From the NCBI GenBank assembly GCA_965235115.1, contig OZ249442.1, forward strand, positions 16,678,001-16,742,000: a stretch of DNA of 64,000 nt, in the 5' to 3' direction. The notes under the pieces are model-generated. The model had not been told where the DNA came from. It ran no database searches and saw nothing but the letters and a program-made list of their open reading frames with translations. The translations under genes and the position numbers were made by a program. Positions within the stretch are counted from its first letter, which is position 1, and every line of letters begins with the position of its first letter. The DNA comes from Laetmonice hystrix. Its lineage: Eukaryota. This document shows positions 30,601-42,600 of the stretch, one piece after another.

Positions 30601-33600
30601 TCGGATTTAGACTACAGGGGTATCCCCTTCCCCCCACCAAGGGCACAGGTAGGCCATAGTGATACATATCCCCCTACCTGACGGGTTTCTAGGCCACAGC
30701 TGGGCCCAGTTGGATAAAAGATTTCAAGTCCACTCTAAAAGCATTTTTTGTATCTGTCCTCATGATGTTTCAGACTATTCGAATGAGCAGAAGGTCATCG
30801 TGAGCGAGTGGAGAAAGGCAGAGAGGTACAAGCCTGGCCCAAACACAGCCGCCATGATCGAGGCCAAGATCAGGTACGAGAGAAAGACACCATTCTCATG
30901 GGCAAAATGTGGGGCACGCAGAGATGTCAAGAAAAGGGAGCTGAAACACAGAAAATATAACTTTACGTTAATGAGGGGATAAAGTAGATTTTGGAGGTGC
31001 CTTCATGTTCAAGGCGATACCAACGCCACCTACGGGAGATAGACCCCTATTTGTTGGTATGTTTATCAGGAAAAACCTTCCTGCTAAAAAGTAAACTTTG
31101 TACTATTCTGCTGTTTTTCAGAGGACTGGATTTGATTGACCTGCTACTTGTGAAAGAATTCAACCTAAACATCCGGGTAAGAGAAAATCAAAAATCGTTC
31201 TGACTTTCGTATAGCTAACACTATTCACCGGTAAATAGGTGCTACACTACGATATATCGATACGAATGTCAAAATATCGATGCAAATCGATACACACAAG
31301 AGCCATCATAAGGGTAGCTATACCAACGAGGCCTTCCTTCCACGTTAAGAAAAAAACATTTACTTAATTCACATTGCCAAGAAGCATATCAATAAAGAAT
31401 CACGTTTTAAAAATCAAGGGCTGTAAGTATATCGTTTCACGCTTCATTACTAAAAAAATCAATAAATCTATTTAATATTTTCAGTGAAATATTGTAAGTT
31501 GGGAAAACTTCATATTTCAGTACTTTGTATCGGTCTTCAAAGATCTCGAGCAGCGCGAACTGCAAGGCAAGAAAAGACGGAAAAAGCTCGGTCGGCTTCT
31601 ATACAACTCATTCGACACCAATACGATATGGTAGGTTCTAGCTTGTTTAAAACTTCTTAAATATTCTGTATGTTACATCATTTTTAATCTTTCTGCCACT
31701 TATGTAGGTGCTTCGAGCCAGTATTGTACATGCAGAGGTTATTCAGATCTGATTTAGAAACGAGAGCAAGCTTGTATTTCATGTCGTTTGGCTTTGTGAC
31801 ATCAGGAAGAGCTCGAAACTCCGAAAACGGATCTACGCCTTCCTGGCAGTCATGGAGAAGGCGGAAGTGATCAATTCGACTCTCACAGATATACTCTTCG
31901 TAAGTCATGCTGTCTCAGTTTTCAAATGTTTATGTATTGCGACAGTTCACGTTAATCACTAAATGCATGTCAAAGCCATGATAACATAATGTTCTGCCAT
32001 CACTATATGGGTGATACTATGCAAAAAAAAAAAAATTGCCACGCACTAGCAATTTTTAAAAAGGCTCTGTCCTTTGACTTGAGAATGGCAGGCAAATTAC
32101 CAGCTGTATACAATATATTCTAGTACTTAACGGCCTTAGATGAAGCAGTTTAAATTTTTACTGACACATCATTGATAGACGTTGACATTTCAGGATCTGA
32201 CGAAATACAAGTCGGATGAAATGATCAGGAAAACGTTGTCCATACTTAACAAGATATTTTCCATGAAATCCGAGTTATTTCGGGTAGCGGAGAGGACTCA
32301 GGTGAGTCTATGATCCTCCTATCGTCATCAGGTCCCAGTTCGTAACAAAGATCTTGCTTGAACTTGAGCTTAACGCTTCTGATTGGCTGGTCTGCTTAGA
32401 CCAGCCAATCAGAAGTCTGCATGTGTACACGTATGTCTGCCAGCATGTGCTGAAGTACTCATGTCTGCCGACAGGTGCTGAAGTCTGTTCAGTCTGTACG
32501 GGTCCACCGGGACGCTCTGCGGAGTATGGTTGTCCTTACTCGGCTCAGTAAGAGTAAACTCAGTGAGGAAACAGTCCGCGAAATGGTCGCCATCCTCGAC
32601 AACTTCACCGAGTACGCTGGTTGATTCCTATTTATGTAAACTTAGGGCACACTACATATCAAAATTTTATTTTGAGGAAGTGAAATATAGACATTATGTC
32701 ACAATTGGGTTTCGTATCTTTCTTCAGATTATGTCACGTTCCACACAAACCACACCTTTCACATCCCGTTGGCCAAAACATCCTTCTAAATAATGGTCAG
32801 TACATTACCGAGGTATAGTAGGCCAAGTAGTATCATTTTCACAGACCGTCTCTATATTATCATAGAATGTTAAACTCAGTGTCCTTTATTTATATGTCAG
32901 AGATCTTTGTCGCCCATTGGCAAATGATCTATTAGTCATGACCAATTATTTCCATTAAAGGTTTGTTGGGCCTCCTTCTACCGTTGGTGACGCAAGAGGT
33001 TGACACAAACCTACAGGTAAAGTTATCCCCTTCCACGGTGATGGTGGTTAAGTACCCCCTGTCGTAGACCCCATCATGGCCCACTCAAGGAAGACAGGGA
33101 CGTCTTCATATTTCTCCAACATATTCGATCGACTCTACCCTCAGCGTTTTTGGATTTTAAACCCGGAACTCCCAACAGTCCCCTTTTGATCATTTAAAAT
33201 ATTTTTACAAGTATTTGAGGCTGGTAATTCCCCTTCCTCTTTGCTGTAACGTGTGTTTGGGGACCTGCTCCCATCCCCTATGATGTATCATTTCCCCTGT
33301 CAATGCTGTCCCCAGGATCAGTGTGTTTGGGGACCTGCTCCCATCCCCTATGATGTATCATTTCCCCTGTCAATGCTGTCCCCAGGATCAGTGTGTTTGG
33401 GGACCTGCTCCCATCCCCTATGATGTATAATTTCCTCTGTCAATGCTGTCCCCAGGATCAGTGTGTTTGGGGACCTGCTCCCATCCCCTATGATGTATAA
33501 TTTCCTCTGTCAATGCTGTCCCCAGGATCAGTGTGTTTGGGGACCTGCTCCCATCCCCTATGATGTATCATTTCCTCTGTCAATGCTGTCCCCAGGATCA

Positions 33601-36600
33601 GTTCGCCATCTCGGAGAGGGTGATTGGGACGGGACTCAGGCTGCTACGGTTTCTTACCCAGCATAACGGCTTCGTCCAGGAGTTTCTCATGGATCGCATC
33701 GAGGAGCTGCTCAGTGTACAGTGCTGTGGGGCCGAGCAGGCTTTGGCCTTGCACGAGGTACACTGCTCAGTGGCGGGAGTAGTAGGGAGGCGGACCGGCA
33801 CCCAGTAATTTATGACAATTTATGACAATTTATGCATATATTTGCGTAAAGTATCACAAATACCTGGGGTGCCGGTCAGCCTCCCTACTACTGGCGGTTT
33901 AAGGAATGTTTTAAGGGGTAGGGGAGCCAACCATCGAGAAAAACTCACGGCCCTCGAAATAGGGGATTTCTCCATCCTAATTATAGCATCACCCGGATTA
34001 AATGGATCCTCCCGTGAGTGAGGGGTTGGAGCTGGGGAGGCCCTGGGAGTTGGACATTTGCCGTGCAGCCATAATTTTCGTTTGATGTAAACCTTTTTTT
34101 CAAATATATATACAACCATTATGGACGTTGAGGCTGTCAATAGACAGAGAGGACGCTTGTATACAGTCTCTGTGTTACTACCAGGTGTTCCGGGGGAAGA
34201 CAGTTCATTGTCTCCGACTACAGCCACAACACATCCAGAAGATCGTCAGGCTGGCGGGACATTACCAACAACGGGCGCCACAGTTTCTCCAGGTCGGTTT
34301 CTGACTGACTCAGCCAAACATTCTGGTTTTTCCTGATGTATTTTCATTTTGTTCACATGAAATATATTTGGCATGTTTTCTTGGTTATATCTACGTATTT
34401 CGCCTATTTCTCCGCATGGGCTCCGTAGTTATAGTGTAACCACAATATGCTCCAAAACATCCAAAGTAAAGGCTGACCACACTAATTGCGCGGTCTCCTG
34501 ACGGAATATGTTGTATAGTTACTCATGGGTGTGATGAAAATGGACGTGACGGGAACGCTGCTGAAACGTAACCAGCACCTTGTGACAAAAAACATCATGG
34601 AAAATTACAAGTCTGTGGCCTACGTCATGAACATGGAGCCAATGCACAGGTCAGTACTCAAAACCTGTTCACGTAAAAAAGTACATGAATTATATTCATC
34701 AATCAACCACCGAATGCTATAGGCCGACTTGCATTTTAGTCGCTATGCCAAAGAATAAAAACACGCAACGGGATGAGGGTCCTTGACTAAGAGAAAGTAT
34801 GGAATTCGATGCCGGGCGCATGAATACGGCACGATATCGACTTTCCCGGGTCAAGGAGCCGAATGCCTTTACGTGTTTATTATATACGCTTGGATTATCT
34901 TTAATTTGAGGAAAACAATAATCAACGACAAATTTCCGCATTTATTAACTTTTATCTATACATGTATTTTATCCGCGGGGCCACGGGACGGGGCGGTTTG
35001 TTAAGTGGATACCCTCCCCCCATTTTTTCTACACGGTGCTTACAAAGTGGTAGCAAACCGAGGGGGTGGGGCCTGGTATTGGAACAGTCTAGCGTAATTT
35101 AATAATACACCGTATGACCCCCCCCCCCCCCCCTGAATGGTACTGGCAGATAGAATGCGCATATAATAACTGGCATAATGCTATATTCTGATAGTGGTAT
35201 TGAAATGTGAATAGTAAAATGTATCTCCTTGGCGTGTGAATTGATTCAGGCTTCGAGTAATAATCGGCAGTGAGGGACCCGAGCATCAGACCTACTATGG
35301 GTTTCTGGTTGCCCTCTTGGCAACCTGTGCAGAGGTAGGCGTTGCTTCTGTTGTTGTTGATGTGATTGTTGCCGTCGCTACAGCTGCTGCGGCTGCTGCT
35401 GAGCTGGTGCTGCTACTGCTGCTCTCTGCTATGTTATGATATAAAATAATGAGGTGACCCAAATGATTTCATTCAGATTGTCGTTATATTAGGTTTGTCG
35501 CGTTTCGATACCACATAAACAGTGGCGGCTCCAGCCCGTTTTAGTTGGGGGGGGGGGGCTCTGGGGTGGCTATAAAATTTGAAGGGAAGGCTAGGACATG
35601 ATGAGATACGGGCATGTTCCTTTTGTTGGTCAATAATGTTGGGGGGCCAGGGGGTGCTTAGGGGTGGCTAGAGAAAGTTTTGCAAGCCCCTCCCTGGCGC
35701 CGCCACTGTACATAAGTTTCTTCGCTCTCCCAGTAGATTTTACCCTAATTGTAAATCTGTCATTAAAACATTTTCGGATTTCCATGTCACCCGTGCCACA
35801 GGTGGACATGTCGCATTTAGATGTTTTTTTTTAATCATTTCTATACAGGTGACAATTAATTACACAGTTCCATAAAAGATAGGCCCGTATCCTTGGTTAC
35901 TTTCCCCATTGTTACCTTATATTTGGCTGTGTGCCTGTTGATTATAGGGTGAGAGTCAATACGTGGAGAGTCTGTGTCAGACGCTCATGTCACTCGACGA
36001 ACTCTTCCTGGTTCTCAACAATCGTAATGTGGCTATCGGCCACAAGGTGGCGTTCGCGCGGTACCTGGTGTGGGCTTACATGCGGACAGGTCGTAGCGCT
36101 GTGGAGAGCGGTGTCGATGAGCTCTCACACGATGAGTAGGCCTACGTTCTCTAGCTTATTAGCTTAGGACATTAGAACTGGATTGAATAGGAGGAGGATA
36201 TAATGTAAAGGGCAAGTCCCTTCTTGGAAAGGGTCAGTGATCGAAAGGTCAAGGGTGAACTCTGGCCCGTTATATCTACGTTCAAGTTAGTTCAAAATGA
36301 AAAGAGGATATAGTCCAGTTGAGTTTTTGTTAGTTGTAAAAAGCATACATCGCTACTATTTTTAGGGGCGGTTCCAGCAATTTAGAATAGGATAAACAGA
36401 AAATTCGACCCAAGGTGGGACAGCGAGGTTGACCTTGGATGACCCTGGTTTGATTGTGTTGTCTGAAGTGTTCAGTAATTTAAGAAAAGGTTTCTGGTTT
36501 TGCAGCATGATGTGGAAGCATATCAGGATCATCTGGACACTTCTCCGAAAACATAACACCGGGCATGCTGATGTAGACAAAGTCAAGCCCAGCGAGGGGC

Positions 36601-39600
36601 ATAGTCGGTAAGAAAATCTTCCTACATGCAGAACACTCAAAGCTTGCTCAACAGAGACGTTTCGGTCTCTATGCGGAGACCAGGCACATAACCATATTAA
36701 ATCGTTCAGTTATATTAAAGGTATTAACCCCTTGATCTTTCCTTCAAAAAAGTGATTTATGTTTTTCATACTCTTTTATATCTGGAGAACCTCCGATTTT
36801 TATCCACCTTCGCAGCATTTGGTCAGAATGTCTAAAACGAACCATGTTAGCTGATGTTTTCCTTTATGCGGCCAGCGTGAAACATCACGAAGTCGGACAG
36901 TGTGCAACTAAAAAAATGAACTGAGCCCCCCTCGCTCCTCCTAATGTATGTTAAAACCGCCACATTGAAATGACCTCGGGTATTCCTGTCCATAGGCTCG
37001 ACATTGAAGACACCACAGACAGTCCTGCTTCAAACGACACTGACTCCCTCGCCTTGTACATGCTGCGTGCTGGGTTCTTGGTCCTACAGGTAGATATATA
37101 TATAAATCTCTGTGTTCAGCTCGTTACCGCCACATTCAGGAAACCTGCATTGGGAAACTTTATAGGCAATTGACGTTGTTCAGCAAACCTTTTGGGTTTT
37201 TTTTGCTTATTCTGCAAAAAGGAATGGAACGTAAATTTCGGGAAAACGTGGAGAATTATCATCGAGTCACTGATGATAGCATTGATTTCTTTCAGTCATT
37301 CTTTGATAAGTTTTATAAACCGAACAAAGATATCTACCCTGAGGAGATCGAAACGCTGAACCGTTTGGCGACCGTCATCATCGTAAGTATCACGTGACAC
37401 CAGGAAATTGATGTCCCCAACCGGAAATATGAAGTTCGCACAGTTCTGCTAAAAAACAATTCAAAAGCAAAGGCCGCCATAATATGCCAGTCTGGATCGT
37501 TCAATGGATCTTTTTTTGTAAAATTAACGTTCCAAAGTATTTAAATAGACCGAAAGACCGAATAGACAACACTATCTTTATCACCAAAGGCATGAAACCT
37601 ATATGGATCTTTTTAAATGACAGCCATTTGCGGAGACAGCGGGGCACTCCGCAGAAAATCACGGCCAACTCCAGGGGATGGTAGCGTGTATGGACACGCT
37701 CTTCCGTCGACTACATTTGTCTAAGTCGGTAAGTTGTTTTCACTTGGTAGATGTAACAAATGGTTGCCACCATAGGGTTATACACATTGATAAGGGTTCC
37801 AGTTACATGCAAAATGTATGGAGAATATGATTATCCCATTTCGATGTAAAACTAAATTAAAATATCTCATGAAAGATCATCTTTATCTAATGCATGTACT
37901 CTTTTTTTCCACCCATCCCTGACTGATGAAAGGTTCTTGAAAATGTCTTCGATAGCGCCCGGTTCTATTCAACCTTAAGTGCATTGGGCTCCACGTTAGA
38001 TTCTGCGGTAGGTGTGCCGCTTCCGAGAAGTTTCAAGGAAGCTTTAATTTCAACAGTGCATGGCCAATTCATGAATAGAAAACACAACAAACATGTAATG
38101 TTTAAAAACTCTATATTAATTTTAAAAGGGCCCGTTACTTAAAAAGATATTCGTTTTTAGCCCTTAGAGCAGCAGGATCCATATGAACTCGAACTGAACG
38201 AGAAGTTGCATAATTTCGGGTACCAGATTGCAAGATTTCTTGAAGGCAGAAACACGATATGCGCCCAACTCGGAGGGAAAACTCATGGCAACGAAAGGCG
38301 TAAGTCATGTATTTTTGTATTGCCTTCCAACTTATTTTTTCCTCATTATATTGATTTCCAACTTATCTTTCCAATTTTGTATTGATTTCCAGCTTATCTT
38401 TCCAATTTTGTATTGATTTCCAACTTATCTTTCTAATTTTGTATTGATTTCCCACATATCTTTCCAATTGTATATTGATTTCCAGCTTATCTTCCAAGCG
38501 ACCTAGAAGTGAAGTTCCCGCAGGGTGTCGAGTTCCAGACCCATGTGCAATCCTTTGGTAACTGTCGTGGTAAAGCCATCATTGACAACCGAGCCTACAA
38601 ACTCATCGATCAGCTCGAGTAAGTAAACGTCACGTCACCAGTAGCAACCGTACTGCCGGTTTACTATACGGAGGGGAATTTGTTTTCTTATTTAGAGGCG
38701 AAATTTTATTCTATTCAACGAAATAAAAATTTAAAACGGTATTCATTGGGGGGGGGGGGGGGGTAGTGAAAGAGAATCGTTATGGAACAGTAATTGTCGT
38801 ATGGGGATTTTAATTCCCCAAATGAAGTACCGCTGACCGCCCGATTTCTCGTCTCTGTAGAATCTCCGCCCGTAAATTGGCAAAGAGACAAACCGTTGTA
38901 GACGACACGTTAGACATCCGCTGTCTGCAGATCCTACGGGCTCTCATGTATAATCTCATCGTTCAACTTCCGGAGAACTGGGGCGAAGATGTTTCCAAAC
39001 ACCAACGGTAACAGCCAGCTTTCCTTCCTATACTTTGAGATATAGAGTGCGGTCGATGTAACGGGTGCTATTTTATCATTGACTGCGAAGTCTGATTTTC
39101 TGCTGATAGTTTGAACTATGTAGAACAATTTTACGCCGTGTTTAGTGTTTCATCGTGTTTATGGTGACAGGATACTTGACGACGTGAAACAGCTCCAGGA
39201 CATGATGGTTGAGTATGATGTGGTGAGAAAGGTCCTACCATTACTGGAGAGGATTAACTTGGCCGTTGGTCTCCAGGTTCTTAGCTTCATAGACCTTCTT
39301 CTTTTCAACGCCAACAGAAATGGACAGGTCGGTCAATGAGCTCTAATTCTGTCTGTTGCATTGCTTTGTTTGCTTGTAATTGGTTGTCGTTTGTATTTTT
39401 ACGGAGTTACGTACTACAGAAGTGGCATTGTTCATGCAGTAAACGTCAGTTTCTTCTTTATGTTTCTCGTTAATCGTAGGAGGCCATGCTGCGATATTTC
39501 AAAGCCACGGCAGAGGAGGTGTTCTTCTTGTTCCTGCGTGCCCGGATACATGACGCTGTCACCGCCGCCAAGGAGAGGTTCGTATGTCTGCTCTATACTG

Positions 39601-42600
39601 ACCACATTCTGGCTAATATTCTCGTTTGTGACTGAAGGGAGAAATGAGATACACATTTTCCAGCATACAGTGTCCAAGAGAGCACGCCAGCATACGCCAT
39701 CTGAGGAATTAGGAAATGTAAGGCGGACAGCCTATATTACTTCATGATAATCGTCTGAAATTAAGAACCTGTTGATCCATATGAATAGTCTAATGTAAAA
39801 ACATGCTTGCCCGGGAAGATAATAACATTCAGAGCTCGTATGAAAGGTTTCAGGCGTGTCTAATCATCATTCAAACAATTTTTATTAAACACAGGAGGTC
39901 CATAGAGTTACAGAAGAAAGAAATGGCAAAACTTGAGAACAAGACTGGAAAAAATACGACCAGCCTGGAGAACGAGTCTTCACATACGACCTCTTCGCCA
40001 GGACAGGTAGCTGTGATACACATAGCAAAACTAAAGGCAGCTAGGTCGGTCGTTTTCCCCAGGAACTCCAGTTCTATCCACCAGTTAATCTTACCGTCAC
40101 TGAATCATTTAAACCGATTCGATCCAAATCTGAAAAAAAGGAAAATGCTCCTTTTGCAGGATTCTTTAGCACTAAGTTTTGTAGATATAACATATGAAAT
40201 ATTTACAGAAACACGGGAATTGGAACCTGGATAGAAAAGCAAGAAAGAAAAAAAGCCTAGCACCCTTCTTCCATCGAATGGTTCATAACCGGCTGCTGGT
40301 GGCAAGGGCGCCCAGCGAACGCCTGGAAGAGGTGAGGTATATTAGAGGCAACCCCTTTTTATCCCTAGTTATAGGAACTGGTTAATAAGATATGAGAAAT
40401 ATATCCATAACAGTACCCCCCAAGAAACAACTAAGGTCTAAATCAATACCCCAAAAGCAATGCATGGAGGTGTTTGGAAACAGTCACCAATGTTGACCGA
40501 ATTAGAAAGATTAAGCACTTTCTGGGGGGGGGGGTCGCTCAATTATTCCCGGGCTACAGTGTGGAGAGAGGCACTCCTCCAGTAATCAGGAAAACATGCC
40601 TGGTTGTTGAAATATTATTATTGGTATGCCATCAGGTCGAGGTCGAGTTGGTTACGTCACCCCTGAAGCCCGCCGTCGTCGAGGACGACGTGTCTCCATT
40701 AAACGGAAGCCAGGACGGATCCTCGGCTGTTCTCGCTCTCCGAGTCATGGCGAGACTTTGTGACGGACAGTACAGTATGGCGCAGGTACAGAGCTAAATG
40801 TCCCCGGAAACAAAATTATCCCTGTCAGTGTTCTTTGTTGTTGCTGATTTGTTCTTGTATGGGCGACATGGCACATGTTCACTGACTTTTGTGAATATAT
40901 TAACATATTTACTGCCTATCAAGACCAACAAAGGTAGTTTTATCAGATGTTCCAAGCGTTTCGTATTCTCTTTGACAGACATATCTACGAACTCAGCCAG
41001 ACAACCCTATTTCCGTCAATCTAGTCGCCGAATTGATTCGTTTTCTTGGCACTCTCTATACGCACGTCCGAGGGGACAGCATCGGTTTGGCTTGTCAAAT
41101 CTTCTCCACCATCAACGAAATCTGCCAGGTAATGTAAAGTCAAACAAATCAGGGTTATACGATAACGTATAGAGCGTAGCGTGATTCGATGATTTGGGAG
41201 ATGGAAGACGCGGTGAGCCAGCCGTCTAGCGACCACATGATGAATACCATTTGAGAACATCGGATATGACAAAGGGATGACGAATTCCCATCCCATATAT
41301 TGCTGTATGATATTGCCTCTACTACAAGTGAACGCAGCCTGTTATATCATTTTGTCTGTCCGTCTTAAGGTGTCCCATCCTTTCGCCAATATTAATTTTC
41401 TGCCCCAATGCGTTGAACTGCTATTGGTCGTCTATTGTGTTTTGGAGATTCCAAACGGCTCCAATATACGACTCCAAAGGCATGGGGTCACATGCCAAAA
41501 TTACTGCAAGATTGCAGCTTCCTTTAAGCCCCAATTTAGGATAGTACTGTGTTGTGCTTTAAGGGTGGTGAGCTACTCTTTGCAATATGAACTAACTATA
41601 TCGCGGTTTTTGGTGTTTGTAGGTAACTAGGTCAGTTGTTTTAATTTCCAGGGCGTCCAGGAAAACCGTGCTGTGGCATTAAACAACAAAATCATCGACT
41701 ACATCAATTTCATCTTCCGAATGCCCTCGTTCCCAGATTGTGAGCCAGAAGAGGTAGGTAGGCTACCGGAGCAGGTAAAATTCCAATGCCACAAGCGTCG
41801 GGAAGTCAGAATGACCCAGTTAGGGCGCTATTTACCATGAAAGTAGACATATCTATTAAAAGGGACAAAGCAAATATTCGTTTTTGACAGGTGATTGAAC
41901 TAAAGACGGAAATGGGGAACATCCTGGTGTCTCTCATCGAGGAAAACGACGTAGCGTCGCTGCAACTCGCCAAGGTAAGCCAGCGGACAGGGGATTGGCA
42001 AAACGTAGGTCCGACTTGTATTGCACTTAATTTATCAAAATGTCAAAAAAAAAATCAAACTCTGAAGGTTAAGCATCGAGCAAGTCCTCTTTTGTCAGCT
42101 CTCTATTTTGCCCCCCCCCCCCAAAAAAAAAATTCAATTTCCCTTTCCTGAACGTTATCCTGAACGTTATAGACTCTAATGAACATCCATTGAAAGTCGG
42201 CCGACCATAATCCATTACTGTTTACTGTAGTGTATACATGTATACATGTGTCTGACAAGTGGGCCTCTTTTGTCACTATCAGGAGATTCGTGACACGGTG
42301 GACACGAAAGCCCTGGTTGGACACTTGGTGATGGTCCACAGCTTGGTCACAGTAAGGGTCGTCACATAGGACATAGACATTTCACATATTATCGCCCAGT
42401 AATGTTAAAAATACCATCGTATCAATTGTATAAAATTCTCATTTAAGGATTAAAAAACTCCTTCGGTCTTCACAGTAGTTATTTTGGTTTTCGTCCGAAA
42501 AAATAGAAACTGTATAGGTTTGTCTCTAGTTTAGGCCTACTTGAAAATAGGATGAACACGTGACTCCCGGTGAGGATAGTGGTTTGAAATATGTTTTTTT

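Noticed and set aside
29615-30610. Long Cys/Pro/Gly-rich ORFs of 142-282 aa
   Set aside because: Produced by the 43-nt minisatellite cycling through frames, mostly antisense to the ITPR-like intron.
31485-31493. Apparent 9-nt microexon ttttcag|TGAAATATT|gtaagt
   Set aside because: It would begin with an in-frame TGA, and the downstream intron would be only 27 nt, too short to splice.
34717-35004. 73-74 aa ORFs on both strands in ITPR-like intron 36
   Set aside because: No recognisable domain, and the flanking exons splice in phase without them.
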